Shown here piece after piece: positions 11,501 through 20,861 of a stretch of DNA of 64,000 bases (position 1 is its first letter; the number at the start of each line of letters is the position of its first letter). Source of the stretch: Vitrella brassicaformis CCMP3155 (lineage: Eukaryota > Protista > Chromerida); the NCBI GenBank assembly GCA_001179505.1, contig CDMY01000284.1:1-64000 (forward strand), in the 5' to 3' direction. The translations under genes were made by a program, and so were the position numbers. The notes under the pieces are model-generated. The model had not been told where the DNA came from. It saw only the letters and a list, made by a program, of their open reading frames with translations, and did not search any database.

Positions 11501-13235
11501 AATGACCATCGATGATGGCTTTGCTGCCCTGCTCTCTGACCTCGTGCCGCAGAATATGAGCGATTTGAAGAAGCTCAGCGCCGAGGAACAGAAGGAATGG
11601 TGGGAAGCCATCCACAAAGAGCACGATTCGATCGTCCGGAAGGATGTCAGGGATCTTGTCGATGTTGGTGAAGCCACGTCGAAGATCTTGCCGTGCAAAA
11701 TCATCCTCACACAGAAACCTGACAGAAAGAAAGCACGGATAGTGGTGTGCGGGAACGCACAGAGTCTGATGGACGTCGGGCAGACATTCGCCCCCACTCT
11801 CTCTGGCATTGCCATTCGTGTCTTTCTCTGTCTGTGTACGATGACGGGACGAACCATCTATCAGACCGATGTGGACGTCGCCTTCCTCAATTCTCCCTTG
11901 CCGTACCCTGTGTTTGTCAGATGTCCTGAAGGATTTGAGATACCTGGAAAGGTCTGGCGCTTGAAAAGGGCCCTGTATGGCTTGAAAGAAGCCCCTCGCG
12001 CGTGGAATACGACGCTTGTCAAGTTCCTGAAGGACAATGGGTTCGAACAGTGCCTCTGTGACCCGTGCATCTTCATTCATCGGCCGACTGACCTCTGGGT
12101 GGTGTTTGTAGTGGATGACATCCTCTACGCCCCCATGTCAGGCCGCGACGCGGACGCCGATTGGTTTCGTGAGCTCCTCAACCGCGAGTACGGTATCAAA
12201 GACCTGGGAAAGGCAGATGTGTTTGTGGGCATCAAGATTGAGCGTGATCCGCTCACCGGCGAGATGAAGCTCTCGCAGCGGGCGTACATCGAGAAGATCC
12301 TCAAGCGCTTCCGATGGGAGCATTCCAACCCCGCGTCGACACCAGTGGCGAGCGGAGTGAAGCTCAGCAAAGACCACTGCCCCAGCACACCTGAGGAGAA
12401 AGAATGGAGCGCTTCCATGCAAGCCGTGTATCGGCAGGCGGTGGGAACACTGCTGTACCTGGCTGTGACGACGAGGCCCGACATCTCGTATGCAGTCAAG
12501 GAGGTGGCGATGTACTGCCACAATCCAGGGCGGAAGCACTGGACGGCCGTAAAGCGCATCTTTCGGTACCTGAAGGGCACCAAGGATCACGGAATCATAT
12601 TCAAGCCAGGCGATGTGAATCATCTCTCAGTGCTTGGCTACGCTGATGCGAGCCACGCTGACCTGGACAACGGGAAGAGCACTGGCGGCTTTGCCCTCTA
12701 CTTGGGTGGAAACCTTGTGTCGTGGAGGAGCCGCAATCAGACCCTGGTTGCTCTGAGTACCTGTGAAGCAGAGTACATCGCTCTGAATGAGTGCGCCAGA
12801 GATCTGGTGTTTGTCAGGCAACTAGCTGACTTCTTTCGCCTACCTGTGCAGCGAGCGAAGCTCATCACAGACAACAGAGGCGCTGGGTCGGTCTCCTACA
12901 ACGAGGAAGTCAAGCAGAGAACACGTCACATACTGGTGCGATATCACTTTGTGCGTGATCTGGTCCTGAAAGGACAGCTCTGCGTCCACTGGATTGCTTC
13001 GAGCGAGAATACTGCTGACATCTTCACGAAGGGCCTCGACGAGGCGCAGCACGCTCATTTGAGGATGAAACTCCTCAACAATCCTGTGTTCGACGACGAA
13101 GGGACACCGATGGTGCCCGACGAGCCGCACGACAAGGTGCTGATGGCGCCTGATCAGTCACACAGCGCAAACACAGACTCACACGCCGCTGAATGCGCCC
13201 TGTGCTGCTTTCTGCGTTATGGTTCTGTCTGCTGA
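8552..13235 (+). pseudogene. Three near-identical overlapping RT segments separated by 300-N gaps; only the last (11215-13235) reaches RNase H
   Basis: Segments 8552-9395, 9696-10914 and 11215-13235 resume at or near the same point (cccacaaagcgaatcaac). Copy 1 has an internal deletion, copy 2 a 1-bp deletion near 10505, and copy 3 is open through RT and RNase H to TGA 13235. Confidence 0.9.
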
Positions 13236-13298
13236 ATGCGGATACCTGTTTGAGAGGGGGAGATCGCTGTAATGCGATGCAGAAGGACAGCACAGTGC

Positions 13299-13307
13299 GA
13301 GAGGGGG
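13299..13307 (+). other. Polypurine tract (PPT)
   Basis: gagaggggg directly abuts the TG start of the 3' LTR. Confidence 0.85.
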
Positions 13308-13477
13308 TGTCAGAGGCTGCGTGTGTTGGGGTAGATCCCGCCGTGTACTGCAACTGCATGCTGAGAACCCTGAGCACTCCGAACTGTCCCTCCTTCTCGT
13401 GAACCGTCCCTCTGGCTCATCTGTTGCCTTAACGGGCAACGACAGCGATCCTCCACAGCCACTCTCATCTACCGACA
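13308..13477 (+). repeat. 3' LTR (170 bp)
   Basis: Direct repeat of 3769-3938 with TGTC...GACA termini. Confidence 0.95.
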
Positions 13478-13784
13478 GGAGTCGCTCCTGAGATGCGCCA
13501 CCCCGGGCCTCCCCCGCGCCGCAGAGCCGTCCCCCCTCGGCGCCGGAAGCTCCATCCGCTAGATACGGGTCAGTTGCAGGATGGGAACCCCTCGACTCCG
13601 CTCGAAAGACGACTCCGTTCGGGTGCGCGTCGTCGGCGGATCCCTGCCGCGCCTCGACTCGAGGACGGGCAGGAAGAAGTGACATCGTCACTTCATCGCC
13701 AAGTAGCGTGGTTTCAGCTCGAGATATGCGAGCTTTTGCGCGAGCTTTTGTGTGGAGGCTGCGACTACGCCACCATCTCCAACA

Positions 13785-14731
13785 ATGTCGGTAGCGCGGC
13801 GAGTTGCTCGTTTCTCAGGGCTCTCGGCAAGTGCAGAGGCAGTGGTGGCACGGCGATGCTTCGCCTGGCCCTCTGAAGCATCCAGCACGTCCACCTGCAG
13901 CCCTGCGGTGCGCATCGCTCCTCCTGCGGTCATGTTTCCGTCGATCGGTCTCAGCAAGGAGGTCGACCGGTCTGCTGGCGTCATGGAGAGCAGCTGCAAG
14001 GCCTTCTTCACGACAGTCATCCCTGCAAAATATCCAAGTAAGCAAGAACACGCCGCGCACAAGAAATGCACGGAGTCATCGTGTGTGTTTGAGCATTTAG
14101 AGGGTTACGAGCCTCCCAAGAAGACGACAGTGTCGCCGATCTCGTCAGTGGCGGGAGACGTTGATGACGCGAAGGCAGTCAAGAAGACGGGCATCAAGAT
14201 CCCCACCAAGCGGGCGGTGCAGATGGCGCGCAAAGAGAAGACCGACAAGGTGTGGCTGGGCAGCCAAAACGCCACATACTGACTGACTGACTGACTGGCT
14301 GACTGACCTGCCCGCATCACACCCACCCTCATCCGCACGCGCCACTGGTCTCTGTCACTTCGTGTGTTTGGGAAGATTGAGGGCGTCCTCTGTGTGTGGG
14401 CGGCTGCCAAGCAGCTCCCTTGCCTGAGGGGATGGCCATGCAGTTTTGCACCCGTGTGAGACGGTGACGGTGTGCTGTCACCATTTCACCGTGCGTGTTA
14501 CTTACATAGATGTGTGTCCACTTACTTGTGCTGACTGTTTTGGATGGTAAGAAAGACTACACGGCATGGCATGCAGCTTTTGCACCAACCGTACGCCCGA
14601 CGGACATGTATACGCACCACCCACCCCTGTTGTCATTACCCACTTGCCTTGCCCCCTCATCCATCCACGTTGCTGCAGTGCTGCAGACACACATATGCGT
14701 AGTGGGCTGTGTTGTCCAACTCACCCAATGA
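13785..14731 (+). CDS. Hypothetical protein with a possible mitochondrial presequence (3' exons uncertain)
   Basis: MSVARRVARFSGLSASAEAVVARRCFA is Arg/Ser/Ala-rich. The gtaagc...catttag intron keeps the frame into KGYEPPKKTTVSP...KTGIKIPTKRAVQMARKEKTDK, and codon usage resembles the host genes. Confidence 0.45.
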
Positions 14732-15242
14732 CTCGTGTGTCCGTTTTACATCTGTGGGAGAGGTCATGAGGAGGACAAGCTTTTTCGCGTCTACTGACAG
14801 CGTGCCTCGCTCATCTCCTCGTCCGTCCTGTCTGGGCATGTGGATGGCGGGCTTAGCATTTTGGTAGTAGATGGAACATACGTGTGAGAGATCGTTTCAA
14901 AGCTGCTGCATCCATCCATCGATTCGATGCACTGAGTGGCAGTCAGTGGGATGGAGGAAGGGGACAGGGCAGTTCACAGCCTGCAGTGGGTGTGTTATCC
15001 AGTTCCATATGCGTATGCTCTTCTTGGCGCTGTGCTTGCCAAGACGGACCGTCGCTCATCCATGTCATCGATGTGACGGCCCATGGCGGGCATGGCTGAG
15101 GATGGCTTGCGTGCTGTGGATTCCTATGGGTGAAAATTTCACACGACATTTGGATCGATGGATGGAATGACGAGGCCTTCATCGATGGTGCTTTGCTAAG
15201 CTGCCAAAGCATCCTTTTCATGCGAGCTTGTGGCGAGAATCG

Positions 15243-15277
15243 CGGCGAGAATTCGAATTCTCGCCGTCTCGAGACGG
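15243..15277. repeat. Overlapping perfect palindromes (24 bp and 14 bp)
   Basis: cggcgagaattcgaattctcgccg (15243-15266) and ccgtctcgagacgg (15264-15277) are each their own reverse complement. Confidence 0.9.
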
Positions 15278-16974
15278 TTTTCTCAAAGAAAAAGAAACAG
15301 CAGACAGTTTCCACGCCAGCTCTCCTCATCCTTCACTGTTCGCCTCACATCTTCTTCGTTTCTTCTCTTTCTTCGGCGGGAGTTGTCGGGCGCCATCGGC
15401 CCGAGGCCCACGCAGCCCCCTCCGCTCGCCGTTTTCGAAGAGGACGAGTCCACCTGACCGCCCCTGACCCGCCCGCCCATCAGAAGCTGACTTCAGCCTG
15501 AGCCTCCCTCCTCCCTTCGTGAGTGATCGTTGGCTTGCGTGGTTCGCCCCTCAACTTTTCCGAATGTCGTCGGGAACTTCTTACCGCTGTGCCGCGAGGG
15601 AGGCCTCGCCTGGTGGCGCCCTGCCTTCTGTGGAGCGGCTGGCGACTCCCTGGCGCCTGCAGAGTGCGCACTTTCGCATAATGATACCATAATCCGCCTC
15701 CGTCAGGTGAGTATATATGAGTGTGGCCTCGTGGGTCATGTGTCTTGGGTGTGGTGATGGTTTGGTGTGTGGATGATGTGTAGGGATGAAGGCATGAGGC
15801 ATTCCTTTGCCATGAGTGTGCTGAGATGCCTCCTGTTGCCGTCTTTGTGCGTGCAGATGAGGTGGTTCATTCTTTTCGTCCCCCTTGTCTTTTTCTCGAC
15901 GCATCTATATGAAGGTTGGTGAGGTGTGTGAGCGCCTCACTCAGTCTCATGTTCACGTTCACGTCGGGTTTCCTTTCTGCTGCTTTCCAGGAACGCGATC
16001 CTTCGGTCCGACGAAAAAGAGGGCGAAAAAGAGACAGAAAAGCTTTGTCTAATCAATCTTTCTCTTGCAGCCGAGAAGTTTTCCCAACGACGACAACCTC
16101 CTGCCCAACGAGAAGGCATGCGTATGGAAGCTAGAAAGGTAGTCGCGTATTCACGTGCACTGCCAGAGATTCAGAACGCTCACTGATTTCTTCAGCAGAG
16201 AAACGAGCTGTGTCTTCAGACAAGAGCGGAGCTTCTAAGTAGGCCAGTCACTGCATTCGCGCCGCCACTAAGGGCTCTATATATCATGACGAACACTCCA
16301 CATCAGTCCCTTTTGCCTTTCCTTTCAGCTCAGCGAGAGAAGTCTGGCGGCGGCATTTTCTTCCTTCCCTTTCTCGGTGGCCGAGAAGGTACGTAAGTAA
16401 GGCAGGAAAAAGAGGATAAAGCGCATATTTGCTCATGTCTCCTCTGTGTTTCCTCAATTTCCTTTCGCACACTTGGTCGCTTCGGCGGCCATCTACCGGC
16501 CCCAAGCTGCAGCATCCGGACGACCCCGCAGAAATTGTCGTCGACCCCGGAGATTGGGGGACCTGCATGGCCAATGCGGTTCTGCTCGCCACGGGTAAGC
16601 GTTTACACTCGCACTCACGAAAGAGGAGTGCGTTCGCTTTGGCTGGCACGATAAAATGCGTACCTGTGGTGTGTTTCTATGGCGAGACTCAGGAGCTCGA
16701 GCGGCGTCCGGACGCCATCTCAGACGCCGAGTGGGACGCCTTCTGTTATGTTGTTCCTCAGACACGGAAGCGGCGTTGGCTGGTTCAGAGGACGTGAAAG
16801 GATGTATGCGATGCACCATGCACGCACGATTGTTCCTTCTCATCTGATGTGTTACTGTACTCTTCCTCAGAGGCGGGAGGCTGCCACTAAGGCGGCTTTT
16901 CAGAGGGGGAGCTGTTGCTGCTCTGGGAGCGGAGAGCACCCCCGTATCGGCACCTTTGTGTGAGCGCCCCCCCC

Positions 16975-17463
16975 ATGTCGCTGTACGTGCCGCCTTCTGC
17001 CCTCCCCAGGGCGCCGGCCATCGCCGAGGAGTACAGGAGGGACAAGCTGCTGGCCGTCAAGTCCCCGGGTGTAAGCGGCCTCACACTTAGAGAGGGAGTT
17101 CCGTTGGCTTGACATATATGGCTTCCGTGACGTGTCCGTTTATGTGGCAGGAGCTCAAGAAGCGTCTGGCTGCCGTGACGGAGGAGGAGCTCCGCCTCTT
17201 GCTGGGGCAGGGCCTTGGGCGGGTTGAGAAGCAGAGAGAGGTATGCGAGCCAATGCATTCTCTCTCTGTGTGGTGCAGTGGAGCACACCGATTCCTTCTC
17301 TGTTGATGTGTCATGTTGTTCCTCAGGGGCGAAGGCGCAGATCGAGGCGCTCAAGGCCAAGGTAGAGGCCATCAGGGAGCGGGAGCTTACGCATGCGATC
17401 GCCTTTTCAGGAGGAGCTGCTGTTCTGTTCTGTGAGCAGAGCAGCCCGTGTCGTCGCCTGTGA
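16975..17463 (+). pseudogene. Array unit 2, truncated or possibly pseudogenic paralogue
   Basis: Exons MSLYVPPSALPRAPAIAEEYRRDKLLAVKSPG / ELKKRLAAVTEEELRLLLGQGLGRVEKQRE / GAKAQIEALKAKVEAIRERE. The third donor seen in unit 3 (ctggtacgc) appears mutated here (cttacgc). Confidence 0.55.
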
Positions 17464-17475
17464 GTGAGTGCCGTC

Positions 17476-18351
17476 ATGGCGCTGTACCCTATGCCCTACC
17501 CTCTGTCACCCTCTGCCCTCGTCAGGGCGCCGGCCAACGCCGAGGACATCGTCCTCGACCCCCGGGACTACAAGGCGGCCAAGAGGAGCGCCAAGCTACT
17601 GGCCCTCAAGTTCCCAGGCGTAAGCAGCCCCACAGTCGCCTCGCGCTCACCATCCATGTGATTTGTCCGTGTGGCAGGAACTCGAGAAGCGTATCGGCCA
17701 CACGGACGAGCGTGACGGCCTGCTGGAGGCGTGCGCCAAGCGGGTCGAGAGGAAGAAGGTAAGCCAATGCTCTCTCTCTCTCACTCTCTCCGTGGTGCGC
17801 AGCACGCCGATTCCTTCTCTTTTGATGTGTTGTGTCGTTGCTCAGAAGGTGCCCCTGAAGGCGCAGATCGAGGCGCTCAAGGCCGAGGTAGAGGCCATGA
17901 AAGAGCGCCTGGTACGCATTCGACATGCGCCGCACCACTCACACACAGCACCTGCACACACAGAGACCTTTGACACAAATGGCCTGTATGCTGTGTTTTT
18001 CAGAGTTGCCACGCGGGCCTGCAGGCCGAGGTGGCGGGTTTGAAGGCCAAGAAGGCCTTCTTGAAGGAGACGGAGGAGGTGGCGGCTGCCCACAAGGCAG
18101 AGCACAGGGCGTCCACCAGCACTACCGCCCCTCCTCCGGCGTGGAATGGGGTGCGGGGCGAGCTTGTGTACTGGGAGTACACAGGGATGGGCGTGTGGGA
18201 GGCCAGGAGCGAAGCACAAGATGCGACCATGCGGCTCAAGAAGTGGTGGCGGGACCGCCTCGAGCAGTGGTGGCCATCACCCCACGACGACCGGCAGCCT
18301 CAGGTGCTGCACTCGCCCCCGGGGCCTCGGGGGCGTCCCTGCGACTGCTGA
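17476..18351 (+). CDS. Array unit 3, apparently intact 4-exon hypothetical protein (about 210 aa, coiled-coil plus Trp-rich C-terminus)
   Basis: Three phase-0 GT-AG introns join MALYPMPYP...LLALKFPG / ELEKRIGH...RVERKK / KVPLKAQIEALKAEVEAMKERL / SCHAGLQAEV...WNGVRGELVYWEY...RPCDC*. Confidence 0.65.
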
Positions 18352-18767
18352 GGGCCTCGAGGCGCTCGGTATTGCTGCCTACATTTTATATCTCTATGTC
18401 TTTTCTCCCTCTAACGTCGACCGCCTGGAGAGGTACAAGGGAATGGAAGAGCACTTTGGAGAGCATGATGTCTCTCCCCTGTCCATGTGTCGGCAGTCTC
18501 AGTCGTTGGCCATCGAGAGGCGCAAGGGGCCCGAATGAGACAAGACGGCCGCTTCTTCCCAGGCGTAAGTGGGCTCACGCTGGAGTGACAACGCCTTCAT
18601 TGCTTTGCTTGGTGTGTGTGTCTCACAGGAGCTGAAGTGTTGCATCATCGAGGCATTCACTAAGTGAGAAAACGGCTTCTGCCAAATGCTACTTAGTGAG
18701 ATGGTATTGAGCGATCAGAACGCGCTATTCACTTTGTGTTATGCGGCTTTGTAGAGGCCTGAGGACG

Positions 18768-19463
18768 ATGGATCATTGTCCTTCGAGTGGATTGTTGCCG
18801 CTGCTGCTGCTGCTGCTGCTTGCGACGTGTGATGAGACAGCGCCTGATGCCATTGGCCCGCTGCCGCCCATGCCGCAGAGCCTTCAGGCTCCCCGCGACC
18901 TTTCCGAGGTCGCCCTCGACATCAGGGGTGACCTGGACACGCTCATGAAGGACATCGGGAGGCTGCTGTACTTCCTCCCTGGTGTAAGTGGCCAGATGGA
19001 TACACATCAGAAGGCACTTGATGTCCCGCATTTGATGTGTGTGTGACAGGAGCTGGAGCGTCGCATTCGCTCCTTCACCGATGAGGAGTACGACATCTAT
19101 CACACGCGGCTCGATGAGATGGTACTCAAGGCAGCTATATGGATGCCCTTTTCTGCGCGTCAACCAATTCTCATCTTCGTGTATGTCGTGTGCGTTGTGG
19201 GATGTTTGCAGAACAGCACGCCGGGCTTTTTTGAGGCCCTCGCTGCTTCATCGCAGCTGGAGGACAGCCGCAGCCGCAGCCGCAGTCGGAGCCAGATGCC
19301 GCCCCCACTCCCACACAGTCACCTGAGGCGCCCCCCACACACACAGACCCGCAGCCCGTCAGCCCTTTCTTTGGCTGGCAACGTGTCCTACTACTACTAC
19401 CCGCCCCAGCCCCACCGCCAGGCCTCAGATATCGCTGCCTTCATTTTATATTCGATGGGCTGA
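18768..19463 (+). CDS. Array unit 5, hypothetical protein with a signal-peptide-like N-terminus
   Basis: MDHCPSSGLLPLLLLLLLATC...APRDLSEVALDIRGDLDTLMKDIGRLLYFLPG|gtaag; cag|ELERRIRSFTDEEYDIYHTRLDEM; then a third exon with SRSRSRS. Confidence 0.5.
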
Positions 19464-19705
19464 TGACAACCACCCTTCAACCGCACTCACTGCCTTGTCT
19501 GTCCCGCGGCGTGCATATCTATCGAAGGTGAGCTGTCAAACAGACTTACTTATCAACTCCCGTGTACGTACGTGTCTCGGGTCTGCACTCGTTCAAGATT
19601 GGATTGGCTGCTGCGAATGCATTGGTCGCATTCATTAACATTCCCGGCGGCGCTGCAGGTACGGACGGACGTAAGTGAGACAGACACGAAAGAAAGAAGA
19701 GGCTC

Positions 19706-20092
19706 ATGAAGATTCGTTTCCTGTGTTCTCTGTTTGTCTGCGCATATTTTGGCCGCTCCGGCGGCCACCGAGAGAGAGATCTACCGAGTGCCCAGCTCAC
19801 CCCCCCACCAGCACCCTACTTGCACCCGTCCCCACTGCTCCCCTTCGAGCCCGACATGGCCGTGCTGGTGATGGGCCCGGCGCCTCACACCCCCGAGGCC
19901 GCCCGGCTGGGCTTCATGGAGGGGTGGATTTGGAACGGGGTGCGGGGGGAGTACGAGCGGTGGGAGGACGACCGCCGGGAGCGTGTGTGGGAGGTCAGGA
20001 GTGAGAGCCAGGACCTCACCATGGTCAGGAAGAAGCAGTGGCGGGACGAGCTCGAGGGGTGGATGGCACTTCTCCCCCGCTGCTGCCGATAG
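19706..20092 (+). CDS. Array unit 6, single-exon hypothetical protein carrying the Trp-rich segment
   Basis: 128-aa ORF MKIRFLCSLFVCAYFGRSGGH...WNGVRGEYERWEDDRRERVWEVRSESQDLTMVRKKQWRDELEGW. Its 5' end resembles 16436-16500 at DNA level. Confidence 0.55.
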   Translation: MKIRFLCSLFVCAYFGRSGGHRERDLPSAQLTPPPAPYLHPSPLLPFEPDMAVLVMGPAPHTPEAARLGFMEGWIWNGVRGEYERWEDDRRERVWEVRSESQDLTMVRKKQWRDELEGWMALLPRCCR

Positions 20093-20861
20093 ATAGCCAC
20101 GGCGCCTAGGAGCCAGCCAGCCAGCCAGCCAGCCTGTGTGCGTGCATGTAGGTGAGCAGCACACACACAGATGGGATGGCAGAAAGAAAGTCGAACACAC
20201 ACACCTTCATTGTTTTTGTCCGTTTTTCTCGTCAGATTGAGCGATTCGGGTGAGCCTGTGAGAAGGGGTTCAAGACGGCCGAGGAGCGGCCGAGGAATGA
20301 CCGCCCGACACGCAGTGGACAGATTGTGTGGTTAGACCATGGAATCGCCGCCTACATTTTATATTTGCATGTCTCGTGCTCTATTCCCTGCCGTTCATCG
20401 ACCGAGAGAAGTGACGAAAGGGACGATTGATGGCATTGTGTGTATCCGACACTGACTTGGCGTGACAGCTGAATGGCAAACTTTAGGTGTCACTCATATG
20501 TGTGCTCGACTCATTAGCGATCTGCACACTTAATTGCGAGTCTTCATACACACGCATTCACTCACGCACACAGGAATCGACACCTGCAGCGGCGTCACTT
20601 CACTTGGCGCCGTGGCCCCATCCACACACATCATGATGCACACGAGCATGTCTCCTTCCGTGGAAGCTCTTATCGTCTAAGCTGGTGCGAGACCCATCAG
20701 CTGATAGTACGGCGACCCTATGCGGACACCACACATCACAAACAACCAAAGAACACCCACTCACTCTATCAATGTGTGGCGGCATCCATCCGGCACATTC
20801 ACCTTTGCTGTCTGCGAAGACCAGCAGGATGACATTGTGGCTTATCAGGACGCCCTGCACA

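Larger units (their letters stand above)
3769..13477 (+). mobile_element. Ty1/copia LTR retrotransposon, defective, interrupted by assembly gaps
   Basis: Two 170-bp TG...CA LTRs. Domain order is gag (CCHC knuckle CKYCLNDGHHHSDC), protease (LVDSGCSWH), integrase (HCDVVGP / RSDNARE / QNGVVERMGRT), RT and RNase H (YADA...STCEAEY...TDN...ADIFTK), which is the copia order. A PPT precedes the 3' LTR. Confidence 0.97.
16429..20370 (+). repeat. Tandem array of about 6 diverged copies of an unrecognised small multi-exon gene unit
   Basis: A recurring exon pair (AP....vxlD....LL..PG|gtaag, then cag|ELExR) starts near 16510, 16975, 17476, 18500 and 18880. Introns are homologous between units 2 and 3, and a Trp-rich segment is shared by 18142-18273 and 19931-20065. 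Confidence 0.8.

Noticed and set aside
15530-16134. Possible + strand gene (MACVVRPSTF… with a gtgag donor near 15707)
   Set aside because: Could not be joined into a coherent reading frame, and codon usage is unconvincing.
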